Source: an uncultured Rhizobiaceae bacterium (GTDB taxonomy: Bacteria > Pseudomonadota > Alphaproteobacteria > Rhizobiales > Aestuariivirgaceae). From it: 64,000 bases of DNA. Shown piece by piece: positions 51,502 through 60,190 of this stretch. Position numbers and translations under genes: made by a program. The notes below the pieces were generated by a model. It ran no database searches. It was not told the origin of the DNA and was given only the letters and a program-made list of their open reading frames with translations. Numbering within the stretch: position 1 is the first letter of the stretch; each line of letters begins with the position of its first letter. The DNA lies in assembly GCA_964430935.1 (NCBI GenBank), contig CAYSHK010000082.1, forward strand, positions 9,979 through 73,978, in the 5' to 3' direction.

Positions 51502-52134
51502 ATGTCCGAGATGCTGACCGTCGTCGACCATCCGCTGATCCAGCACAAGCTCACCCTCATGCGGGACAGGAACACCCCGTCCGCCGTCTTCCGTCAGCTC
51601 CTGCGCGAGATCTCCCTTCTGCTCGGCTACGAGGCCCTGCACGACCTGCCGCTGACGACGAAACGGATAGAGACGCCGGTGGCGCCCATGGAGGCTCCCA
51701 TCCTGAAGGGCAAGAAACTGGTGCTGGTCTCCATCCTGCGGGCCGGCAACGGACTTCTGGAGGGCATGCTGGACCTGGTGCCCTCGGCCCGCGTCGGCTT
51801 CATCGGCCTGTACCGGGATCCGGAGACGCTCCAGCCCGTGGAGTACTACAAGAAACTTCCCGAAGGCATGCCGGAGCGCACCGCGGTGGTCGTCGATCCG
51901 ATGCTGGCCACGGGGAATTCCGTCTGCGCCGCCATCGACAGGATCAAGGAGAGCGGCGCCCGCGACATCCGCTTCATGTGTCTGCTGGCCGCGCCGGAGG
52001 GAGTGGAGGCCATGCACGAACGCCATCCGGACGTGCCCGTCTTCACCGCCGCCGTGGACGAGCGGCTGAACGAACACGGCTACATCGTGCCCGGCCTGGG
52101 CGACGCGGGCGATCGCATGTTCGGAACCAAGTAG
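51502..52134 (+). CDS. upp: Uracil phosphoribosyltransferase
   Basis: 210 aa. [17 protein letters not shown]-terminus and PRPP motif [12 protein letters not shown]. Confidence 0.95.
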   Translation: MSEMLTVVDHPLIQHKLTLMRDRNTPSAVFRQLLREISLLLGYEALHDLPLTTKRIETPVAPMEAPILKGKKLVLVSILRAGNGLLEGMLDLVPSARVGFIGLYRDPETLQPVEYYKKLPEGMPERTAVVVDPMLATGNSVCAAIDRIKESGARDIRFMCLLAAPEGVEAMHERHPDVPVFTAAVDERLNEHGYIVPGLGDAGDRMFGTK

Positions 52135-52172
52135 GCGGTCGGGATTCGGATGCGCGGGCTGCGCCGGGAGGA

Positions 52173-52247
<75 letters not shown>

Positions 52248-52347
52248 GTCCATGGAATGCCGGACCCGACCGTCCGGCGCCCGCCCGATATATCCGTCTT
52301 CAGCGGATCGTTCAAGAGCAAATCGGCGGGAGCGGGAAGCGTTTTTC

Positions 52348-52707
52348 TCAGGCCGCCATGAGACGGTCGATCTCGTCCACCAGCTGCCGCAGGTGGAAGG
52401 GCTTGGAGAGGATGTGCGCATCCTTCGGCGCGTTGTTGTCCGGGTTCAGCGCGACGGCGGCGAAGCCTGTGATGAACATGATCTTCATGTCCGGCCAGCG
52501 CTCGGCGGCACGCCGGGCCAGCTCGATACCGTCCATCTCCGGCATCACGATGTCCGTCAGCAGCAGTTCCACCGGCTCGCTCTGCAGGGCCATCCAGGCG
52601 CTGGCGCCCTCCGCGAAGTCGATGACCTCGTGGCCCGCGCGCTGCAGAGCCTTCTTCAGGAAAATCCGCAGGTCATTGTCGTCTTCAGCAAGCAGGATCT
52701 TCGTCAT
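52348..52707 (-). CDS. cpdR: Single-domain response regulator (CpdR-like)
   Basis: 119 aa from MTKILLAEDD (ATG at 52707). Receiver motifs DD, the phospho-acceptor D in LLLTDIVMPEMDG, and SKPF. Confidence 0.75.
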   Translation of the reverse strand: MTKILLAEDDNDLRIFLKKALQRAGHEVIDFAEGASAWMALQSEPVELLLTDIVMPEMDGIELARRAAERWPDMKIMFITGFAAVALNPDNNAPKDAHILSKPFHLRQLVDEIDRLMAA

Positions 52708-52795
52708 GGTCGTCCTTCTGCGCGATGGTTGCCTCTCCAGAAACCCCGGCAGGCGGCGGAGGCCGCGTCCGACACCGCCACCGGCAGGCTCATCC

Positions 52796-54310
52796 TCACG
52801 GCCGCCGTTCCGGGGAGGCCGGAGCCTTCCCGAAGAAATCCACCACTTCCAGCCCCCCGGCGGCATTGAATGTATGGATTCCCTTTTTGGCGCGAGGATG
52901 GATGTTTTTTGTTACCTTTTGCAAATAGCATGCCTCGTCGATCCGGTCGACCCGGCAGATGGCCAGGCCGGCCCCGTAGCCCCCCCGGCAATCCTGCACG
53001 GGCCGGAGAACGCGGCCTTCCCGGACATGCACCGCTCCCGCCGGCCGGGCCTGTCCGGCATCCACGAGAACCGGATTCGCGGGATGGGGATGCCACGGTC
53101 CGGCGAGCCGTTCCGCCCGGAATATGGCAAGGGCGTCCCAGCTCGACCCATGTCGTGTCCGTTCCGTGGCGAACATCCACCACTGGCCGTCCAGGCGGCA
53201 GACCGTTGCATCCGAAAGTTCCTTGTCCTTTACTAGAACCTCGACGGGCTCCCAGCGTCCGGGAAAGGACACGCAGCGGTAGAGACGCACTTCGCGAGCC
53301 TCTCCGGATTCGGGAATCATCCATATTTCCCCGTCACTTGCGAAGACATGCGGATATGAAAGATGCACGTCTTCATCCAGCACGGGAAACAGTTCACCCA
53401 CCTCCCCTTCTGAATCAACTTCAAGGACGGAGATCACCCCCCGACCCGTCGCGAAAGGGAATTCCTCGACGAAGACGAAGCGCCTGCCGTCCTTCACGAA
53501 GACGAACGGATCGGCCAGATACCGGCGTCCGTCGTCCGGCACGATGCTGTAGGCATTCTCGTCCAGCACTCCGGTCTCCAGCAGTCCCCCGCCCGGTTCG
53601 ACCCGTCTCAGACCGACCATCCAGACATCGCCCTTCCGTCCGGCGAGGGCTGCGATGCGACGCGCGATCCGCGCTCCCAGGGAAGCCGCCGCGAAAGCCG
53701 CGATCCGCCCTGCGGAAAGGTCCGATCCTGTTACCACTTCTGCGCGAGCATGGGTGCATCCACTCCCCCTTCCCGGGAGGGCTCCGCGGACGGCGCGCAC
53801 CAGCCCCTCGCACATTCTGGCCATGACCGGATCCAGCGCGCGGGCGACCACGGTGTCATCCTCCACCGCCGGCAGACCGACGGTCATGCGCCGCCCGTCC
53901 GGCCCGGCGGAAATCTCCAGGAACGGCGCACGCCCCTCCAGCACCGCGGCCATGGCGGCGGCCTCCTCCGGCGCGCCATCGTAGAGGGGCGCGAGCACGC
54001 CCTCCGCCGGTGCACCGGTGCCCGTGAGATCCACGACCACGTCCGGTTCCGTTCCGGCGGAATCGGAGAAACGGGGCGGCGTTCCGCCGTCCACGGCATC
54101 CATCGCGTGCCGCCCGCCATAGAGAACCCTTTCGAGAAGGAGGAGCGCCCGCGCAGCCGGCGGCAGCCGCACCGCATCGGCCGGCGCGACGCGCACTCCG
54201 GCCCCCGCCTCCTCCAGTTCCTCCAGCAGCCAGAGATGCCAGCGGCGGAGGTCGGAAGGGTCGAGACGCACCTCCACGAGCGGCTTTCCGTTATCTTGTC
54301 CGCGTTCCAT
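52796..54310 (-). CDS. Uncharacterised two-domain protein (C-terminal beta-propeller-like, GINT1/GH43-like domain suspected)
   Basis: 504 aa. The N-terminal ~230 aa have an RWHLWLLEEL motif. The C-terminal ~270 aa have YLADPFVF, FVEEF, YPHVF, WMFATE and GPWHPHPANP motifs, which I recall from bacterial 'glucosamine inositolphosphorylceramide transferase family' annotations. This is a low-certainty recollection. Confidence 0.4.
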   Translation of the reverse strand: MERGQDNGKPLVEVRLDPSDLRRWHLWLLEELEEAGAGVRVAPADAVRLPPAARALLLLERVLYGGRHAMDAVDGGTPPRFSDSAGTEPDVVVDLTGTGAPAEGVLAPLYDGAPEEAAAMAAVLEGRAPFLEISAGPDGRRMTVGLPAVEDDTVVARALDPVMARMCEGLVRAVRGALPGRGSGCTHARAEVVTGSDLSAGRIAAFAAASLGARIARRIAALAGRKGDVWMVGLRRVEPGGGLLETGVLDENAYSIVPDDGRRYLADPFVFVKDGRRFVFVEEFPFATGRGVISVLEVDSEGEVGELFPVLDEDVHLSYPHVFASDGEIWMIPESGEAREVRLYRCVSFPGRWEPVEVLVKDKELSDATVCRLDGQWWMFATERTRHGSSWDALAIFRAERLAGPWHPHPANPVLVDAGQARPAGAVHVREGRVLRPVQDCRGGYGAGLAICRVDRIDEACYLQKVTKNIHPRAKKGIHTFNAAGGLEVVDFFGKAPASPERRP

Positions 54311-54347
54311 GGCCTTTCTCTACGGAAAAATGGTAAAGATTGCCTCC

Positions 54348-55466
54348 ATGAATCCGGACGTCCGTTCCAGACCTCTGAAACTGCTGTTCCACTGCCCCGC
54401 TCTCACGGACGGTGGCGCGGAACGTGTCTGGGCCCTGCTGGCCGGCGAGCTCGCGGCGCGCGGCCATGCGGTCCACCTCGTGGTGGACGCCGAGGCCGCC
54501 AACGGGCCGGCCGTGCCGTCCGGCGTCGAACTGCACATCCTGCCGCAGGGCCGCCTGGCCGCGCTGCGGGCGCTGCGCCGGCTCCTCGGGGATCTCGCGC
54601 CCGACGTGGCGCTTTCCGCCGTCGCGGCGAGCCCGCTGCTTCTCACCATCGCCGCCTCGGGTCTGGATGTTCCGCTCGTCCACGCCTTCCACGGTTTCGA
54701 GGAATGGCGCACCGGATACCTGAGCCGCCTCACGTGGCGGTCGCTGCCGTGGATCGCCCGCCGTTCGGCGCGGATCGTGGCCGTTTCCGACGCATTGCGG
54801 GAGTATCTCGCGGAGAGCTGGAACGTGCCGACGGAGAAGCTGGTCCGCATCTGGAATCCCGTCGCGCTCCCCGATCCCCTGCCCGCCGTCGATGCCGGCG
54901 ACCTTCTTTCCCGTCCGCGGGAGATCCTCTGCATCGGACGTCTCTCCGCGGAGAAGGGGCACGGTCTGCTGCTGCGCGCCATGGCGCTCATGCGCGACCG
55001 GGAGGCCGGGCTGACACTGGTCGGCGAAGGACCGCGCCGCCCCCATCTGGAGGAGCAGGCCCGGCACCTCGGCATCGCGGACCGCGTCCGCTTCGCCGGC
55101 TGGCAGGACGACGTCTGGCCGTGGCTCGGCCGGGCGCGCGTGTTCGCCCTGCCCTCGCGCACGGAAAGTTTCGGCAACGTCGTCGTGGAGGCCCTGGCGG
55201 CCGGACTGCCCGTCGTCTGCACGGACACGCCGGGTCCCGCCGAAATCCTCGGGGAGGACGCCCGGCTCGGCAGGCTGGTTCCGGTCACGGGGGCGGAGGA
55301 AATGGCGGAGGCGCTGGATGCGCTGCTGGAGAACCCGGGGGATCCCGGGCCACGCCAGATGCGCGCGCTGGATTTTTCCGCCGCCAAGGGCGTGGACGCC
55401 TGGGAAGGACTGATCCGCGACGTCGCCGGTGGAAGGAAGGCTAGCGGACCCGCCGTTCCCGCATGA
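54348..55466 (+). CDS. Glycosyltransferase family 4 (GT-B, GT1 superfamily)
   Basis: TDGGAERV N-terminal motif and a C-terminal E-x7-E region (SRTESFGNVVVEALAAGLPVV). Start taken at MNPDVRS (54348). Confidence 0.75.
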   Translation: MNPDVRSRPLKLLFHCPALTDGGAERVWALLAGELAARGHAVHLVVDAEAANGPAVPSGVELHILPQGRLAALRALRRLLGDLAPDVALSAVAASPLLLTIAASGLDVPLVHAFHGFEEWRTGYLSRLTWRSLPWIARRSARIVAVSDALREYLAESWNVPTEKLVRIWNPVALPDPLPAVDAGDLLSRPREILCIGRLSAEKGHGLLLRAMALMRDREAGLTLVGEGPRRPHLEEQARHLGIADRVRFAGWQDDVWPWLGRARVFALPSRTESFGNVVVEALAAGLPVVCTDTPGPAEILGEDARLGRLVPVTGAEEMAEALDALLENPGDPGPRQMRALDFSAAKGVDAWEGLIRDVAGGRKASGPAVPA

Positions 55467-56721
55467 GGGCGACCACGTTGCCCGCCGGGAGCGGGCCGCG
55501 GTCCTGTATCTGCCGATGGCGCTCGAAAAGACGGGGCAGCTGGACCTCGATGGAATAGGGCCGCACCCGTTCCGCGATGCGTCGCGGATCGTAGCGGCCG
55601 TTGCGGATGTCCTCCCACAGGCGCACGAACCCGTCCGCCATGGCGCGTGCCGTCTCTTCGCGCTCGTCCTCGTTCCGCTCGCGCAGAAAGCCGGAAACGC
55701 CCTCCACCATGAGCGGAGCGTAGTCCGGCAGCTCGATCTGGAACTGCGGCAGACGGATGACGCCCATCGGTCTGCCCGAGGCCAGCGTCTCCATCATGAA
55801 GCAGGGCAATCCCTCGAAATAGGAGGTGAGTATGCCCGCGTGCACGCGGTGCAGGATGCGGGCGACGCCGGCCCGGTCCTGGAAACCGTGGAAGACCGTC
55901 ACGTCCCGGATCGCCTCGAACTCCGGAAAGCGGTCCGTGGAACTCTTTCCGACGTAGTGGAACTCCACCCGACCGTCCAGCTTTTCCTTCAGTATACGGA
56001 TGATGCTGAACATCAGGGGGGGATCCTTGAACGCGTCGAAGCGCCCGGCGAAGACGATCCGCAGGATGCCGTCCGAAACGTCGAACGGCGCCGGCCGGAA
56101 GACGTCCGTGTCCACGGAGACGCTCATGAACTCCAGCTTGTCCGCCTGCCGGGGATACTTGCGGGCCAGCTGCTCCACGCGCGCCGGCGTCACGCATATG
56201 GCGCGGCTGCACAACCGCATGGCCAGCGCCTCTCCCGCCTCGTAGATTCCCCAGTGACGGGAAATGAGGCTGTCCATCCGGTCGCCCTTGCGTCCCTCGC
56301 CGTGTATCTGCTGGAGCAGGCGCACGCCCGCCAGACGCGGGACGGGCGAAAATTCGAACCTCTGCACGTCCGCGGAGACGCGCCCCCTTCCGGCGAGGCG
56401 CCGGATGGCGGGCAGATGGCGCAGCATGGCCTTCAGGAACCTGAAGGTGAGCGACTGTCCGATGGTCCGGGCGGCCTCGTGCATCCGTTCCTCCGGATAA
56501 TGGAGAACGGGAAGGAAGTCGTACGGTCCGGAAGCGCCCTCCAGTCGCACGGGCCTTCCCGGCCGCAGGTCCCCGCTTCCATCCACGCCGACGAGGCAGA
56601 CGGAGAAATCCTCCGGATGGCGGTCCAGCAGAAGGCGGACATGGGTTTCGATGCCCCCCACCTTGCCGCCGCGCGGATCCATGGGGTGGATGACGAGCAG
56701 ACGGTACGGCGCGTCTTTCAT
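55441..56721 (-). CDS. Glycosyltransferase family 4-like
   Basis: 426 aa from MKDAPYRLLVIHP (ATG at 56721, ATGA overlap with the upstream wecG-like stop). GGIETHV N-terminal motif and C-terminal SYFEGLPCFMMETLASGRP. The 3' end overlaps the convergent GT4 gene by 26 nt. Confidence 0.7.
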   Translation of the reverse strand: MKDAPYRLLVIHPMDPRGGKVGGIETHVRLLLDRHPEDFSVCLVGVDGSGDLRPGRPVRLEGASGPYDFLPVLHYPEERMHEAARTIGQSLTFRFLKAMLRHLPAIRRLAGRGRVSADVQRFEFSPVPRLAGVRLLQQIHGEGRKGDRMDSLISRHWGIYEAGEALAMRLCSRAICVTPARVEQLARKYPRQADKLEFMSVSVDTDVFRPAPFDVSDGILRIVFAGRFDAFKDPPLMFSIIRILKEKLDGRVEFHYVGKSSTDRFPEFEAIRDVTVFHGFQDRAGVARILHRVHAGILTSYFEGLPCFMMETLASGRPMGVIRLPQFQIELPDYAPLMVEGVSGFLRERNEDEREETARAMADGFVRLWEDIRNGRYDPRRIAERVRPYSIEVQLPRLFERHRQIQDRGPLPAGNVVALMRERRVR

Positions 56722-57542
56722 GGCCTGTTTCCACCCGTGTGCGCGGGGCCCGCTCCGGTGAGGTCCTCCCACAGGATGCGCGCCAGCACGGAGGCGCTCG
56801 CGGCATAGCGGCCGGCCATGCGCGCCGGATCGGTCAGCAGCCGCCACGCCCATTCCAGCCCCGTGCCCCGCATCCAGGCCGGCGCGCGCTTCTGGGCGCC
56901 GGCCACGAAATCGACGGCGGCCCCCACGCAGACGAAACCGCATTCGACGCCGGCGGAAACCGCCCGGTCCGCGAGCAGCTCCTGCTTCGGCGCCCCGAGG
57001 GCGAGGAAGCAGAGGCGGGCTCCGGACTTCCGGATGTCCTCGATCAGGTGGGCGGCGGCCGGACCGTCGGGATCGAAACCGAAAGGCGGGGAGATGCGCG
57101 CCGCCACCTTCAGCCCGGAGGCCGTCTCCCGCAGCCGGGCCGTCGCCTCCATGAGCACCTCGGGCGTGGATCCGACGAAGGCGACGGGCAGATCCAGCAC
57201 CGCGGCGATCTCGCACAGCGGGCGAAGCATGTCCGCGCCGGTGACCCGGTCCACCGACAGGCCCGACCCGCGCCCAGCCAGCCATGCGACCGGCCAGCCG
57301 TCCGCCGTCACGTGGCGCGCGCGGGCGTAGGCGGCGCGGAAGGCGGGATCCCGCCTGCGCTTCACCAGATGGTCCAGATTCAACGTGAAGACGGAAAACG
57401 GCATGCCATGCGCCGCGTCGTGGGCGATGGCCGAAAGCGCCTCCTCCATGGAGCGCAACGTGATCCGCTGCCCGTCCACAACCGGAAGTGTTCCGTTATG
57501 CAACATGTCCATCATCATGTCCGGGGAGGCAGCAAGGGGCAT
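56718..57542 (-). CDS. WecB/TagA/CpsF-family glycosyltransferase
   Basis: Family motifs FTLNLDHLV, DGWPVAW, LGAPKQE and LEWAWRLLTDP. The start is uncertain because of several N-terminal Met codons. Confidence 0.8.
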   Translation of the reverse strand: MPLAASPDMMMDMLHNGTLPVVDGQRITLRSMEEALSAIAHDAAHGMPFSVFTLNLDHLVKRRRDPAFRAAYARARHVTADGWPVAWLAGRGSGLSVDRVTGADMLRPLCEIAAVLDLPVAFVGSTPEVLMEATARLRETASGLKVAARISPPFGFDPDGPAAAHLIEDIRKSGARLCFLALGAPKQELLADRAVSAGVECGFVCVGAAVDFVAGAQKRAPAWMRGTGLEWAWRLLTDPARMAGRYAASASVLARILWEDLTGAGPAHTGGNRP

Positions 57543-57690
57543 GCCAGCCCCGTTCCCGCCATGAACGCAGGATGAACGTGCCGCTCAGGAAAGGTTCAAG
57601 CGGCGTGCGGCAACATGGGGACCATCAACGGGGACGCACAACCCGGACACGTGAAGATCAGCGACAGACATGCCAGAAGGAGACGAGACC

Positions 57691-58023
57691 ATGTTCCGCA
57701 AGTTCGCCATCGCCGCAGCCGCCACCGCCGCCATCGCGATCGCCGGCACCGCCGCCATGCCGGAGAGGGCGGAGGCGAAGACGGTCGTCAATCTGGGCAT
57801 CGGCATCGGACTGCCCGGCTATTACGGCGGAGGATACTATGGCGGAGGCTACTACGCCCCCGGCTACTACTACGGCCCCGCCCCGGTCTACTACGTTCCG
57901 CGCCACCGCGTGCGGTGCCATCGCCACCATCGGCGGGTGCGCGTGTGGAGCCCGCGTCGCGGCCGCTACGTCTGGCGCACCATCCGCGGTCCGCGCCACT
58001 GCCATCGCTACCGCGCCTGGTGA
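57691..58023 (+). CDS. Secreted Gly/Tyr-rich small protein with Arg/His/Cys-rich C-terminal motif
   Basis: ATG at 57691 is preceded by AAGGAG with 8-nt spacing. Signal peptide MFRKFAIAAAATAAIAIAGTAAMPERAEA. GYYGGGYYGGGYYAPGYYYGPAPVYY repeat. Tail CHRHHRRVRVWSPRRGRYVWRTIRGPRHC. High GC3 is consistent with coding. Confidence 0.6.
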   Translation: MFRKFAIAAAATAAIAIAGTAAMPERAEAKTVVNLGIGIGLPGYYGGGYYGGGYYAPGYYYGPAPVYYVPRHRVRCHRHHRRVRVWSPRRGRYVWRTIRGPRHCHRYRAW

Positions 58024-58075
58024 GGACACCCCCTCCGATCCCCGCAATCTCCCTCATGATCCCTCCCCGGCGGGT

Positions 58076-58108
58076 CTTCCGGCGGCAACGCCGGAGGGCC
58101 CGTTTCTC
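58076..58108. terminator. Possible bidirectional hairpin between the small secreted-protein gene and pit
   Basis: CCGGCG-gcaa-CGCCGG core stem with extendable flanks, followed by CCCGTTTCTC. Confidence 0.35.
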
Positions 58109-59153
58109 ACTTCACGGCGAGGTGGAAGACGTTCTGGAGAAAGAACAGGCCGAGGAAGCAGATGATCCCGGCGACGACGGGCGTGGCCACCCAGCCGATC
58201 ACGATCCGGCCCAGCACGCCCCACCGGATGCCCGCCAGCCCCTGGAGGAGCGAAATGCCCACGATGGCTCCGACCACGGCCTGCGAACTCGATACCGGCA
58301 CCAGAGGGATGGTGGGCAGTCCCCGGGCCATGAGCCAGCTCTCGAGTCCCTTCGAGGCGAAGAGGAACAGGACGATGGCCTGCGCGACCACCGCCACCAG
58401 CGCCTTGGGCGCGGAAAGGCGGCCCAGCGTGCCGCCCACCGTCATCATCACGCCGCGGGAATAGGTGAACACGCCGACGGCGATCGCCACGCCCCCCAGA
58501 AAGAAGAGCTGCCGCGCGGAATCGATCACGATTCCGCCGATCTCGATGTCGGGAAAGGGACGCGCGGGAATGAACACGCCGACCACGTTGGCGATGTTGT
58601 TGGCTCCCAGCGAATAGGCGCCGAAGGCTCCGGCGACGATCAGCGCGGTGCGCGTCAGGGCGTCCACGGTGAGCAGATGCAGCCGGAGCCGTTCTCCGAC
58701 CGTCCGCATGGCCTTGTAGAGGACGACCGCTATCAGCGCCGAGAGCAGCGGGCATATCACCCAGGTGCCGACGATTCTGGAGAAGACGGCGAGGTCCGTG
58801 GGCCGTCCCGCGAACAGGTTCCAGCCGACGATGGCGCCGACGATCGCCTGCGAGGTGGAGACGGGCAGCCCAGACCGGGTCATGAAGTAGACCGCCAGCC
58901 CGGCGGCGAGCGCCGTCATGAAGGCGCCGGGCATGGCGCTGATCGACCCCAGCCTGCCCAAGGTCCCGGACGCGCCGGCGCCCGAGATCACCGCTCCGAG
59001 GATCACGAAGACCGAGCAGATGACCGCCGCCGTGCGCCAGCGCACCATCCGGGTGCCCACGGCCGTGCCGAAGACGTTCGCGGCGTCGTTGGCGCCGAGC
59101 GCCCAGCCCAGGAACATGCCGGAGCTGAGAAAGATCAGCAGCATCGGATCCAT
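58107..59153 (-). CDS. Inorganic phosphate transporter (PiT family)
   Basis: 348 aa, polytopic. Duplicated GANDAANV / GANNIANV signature motifs. Confidence 0.88.
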   Translation of the reverse strand: MDPMLLIFLSSGMFLGWALGANDAANVFGTAVGTRMVRWRTAAVICSVFVILGAVISGAGASGTLGRLGSISAMPGAFMTALAAGLAVYFMTRSGLPVSTSQAIVGAIVGWNLFAGRPTDLAVFSRIVGTWVICPLLSALIAVVLYKAMRTVGERLRLHLLTVDALTRTALIVAGAFGAYSLGANNIANVVGVFIPARPFPDIEIGGIVIDSARQLFFLGGVAIAVGVFTYSRGVMMTVGGTLGRLSAPKALVAVVAQAIVLFLFASKGLESWLMARGLPTIPLVPVSSSQAVVGAIVGISLLQGLAGIRWGVLGRIVIGWVATPVVAGIICFLGLFFLQNVFHLAVK

Positions 59154-59165
59154 GCCGGACCTCCC

Positions 59166-59837
59166 TCAGACCAGGCGCTTGATGGCGTATATGGCCAGCC
59201 GGTCGGCCACGTCCTCGGCCGTGTCGGCGATGGAATCGATGTACTCCACGAACTCCTTCAGATGCAGCTTGCGGCACAGGTCGAGGCTCTCCTCGGCGAA
59301 GATGGCCCGTTTCAGGGTGGTGGATATGACGTCCGCCTCCTTCTCGTAGAGCATGACCTTGTGATTGTAGGCGGGCACGTCCTGCGGGCTGCGGAAGAAG
59401 GCGCGCGCCCCCAGCCCCAGCTCGTCCGCCGCCTTGACCACCATGTTGGTCAGCTTGCGGAAGCCGGAGCGGAACGGATCGGGGATTTCCGGCCGCTCGT
59501 TGGCGAAGGCCCAGAGCGTGCTCTCGAATTCGGAGATCACCTGGTCGGAATTCTCGATGAGACCGAGCACGTCGCCGCGCGAATCCGGTATGAGCGTGTG
59601 TTCGTAGAGCTCGCTCTCTATTTCGCGGCGCAGGCTGTCGTTGGCGGATTCCAGCTGGCTGACCCGTTCCAGCCGCTCGTGGAATTCGTCCGTCCAGCCC
59701 GTCTTGATGTAGGAGCGGACGGCGAGCCGGAAGACGATGGCCGACTCCGAGAGATTGTCGTAGAAACGGTCGATCTTGCGTTCCAGCTCGCGCGTGCGGC
59801 GGAACAGGAAGAGGTCCGGATTGAGCTTCATTATCAT
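59166..59837 (-). CDS. DUF47/TIGR00153-family protein (PhoU-like Pit accessory protein)
   Basis: Helical ~220-aa protein directly upstream of pit with a 12-nt gap, the classic pit-associated arrangement. Start at 59837 or 59831. Confidence 0.75.
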   Translation of the reverse strand: MIMKLNPDLFLFRRTRELERKIDRFYDNLSESAIVFRLAVRSYIKTGWTDEFHERLERVSQLESANDSLRREIESELYEHTLIPDSRGDVLGLIENSDQVISEFESTLWAFANERPEIPDPFRSGFRKLTNMVVKAADELGLGARAFFRSPQDVPAYNHKVMLYEKEADVISTTLKRAIFAEESLDLCRKLHLKEFVEYIDSIADTAEDVADRLAIYAIKRLV

Positions 59838-59958
59838 TCTGCGGCACCCTCGTTCGGCCTGCCTTCGCGCCCGGACCGGCAGTATAGAACCCGTGGACGC
59901 CTTCCGGCAAAGGGCAGAGCGCCCGAACCGGACGGACCAGCGACGCGTCCGTTCCGCC

Positions 59959-60186
59959 TCAGCCCCTCCGCACGGCTTCCCACAGCACGAGACTTTCCGG
60001 CAGGCAGGCGGTGCAGCCGCCACAGCCTCCGGGTTTCCCGGCGGACAGCCGGCGGATCCGGCCCCGCGCCTCCAGCAGCCGCAGCATGGGCCTCACGGCA
60101 TCCGGTTCGGCCTCCAGATGCGCCGCGATCTCGGAAAGGCAGGCCGCGCCGCGTCTCTCCAGGTATTCCAGGATCCGGCCGAGCAT
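59959..60186 (-). CDS. feoC: FeoC-like winged-helix protein
   Basis: 75 aa from MLGRILEYLERRG. The ATG lies 4 nt after the feoB stop. Cys cluster GCGGCTAC near the C-terminus. Confidence 0.65.
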   Translation of the reverse strand: MLGRILEYLERRGAACLSEIAAHLEAEPDAVRPMLRLLEARGRIRRLSAGKPGGCGGCTACLPESLVLWEAVRRG

Positions 60187-60190
60187 CGCC

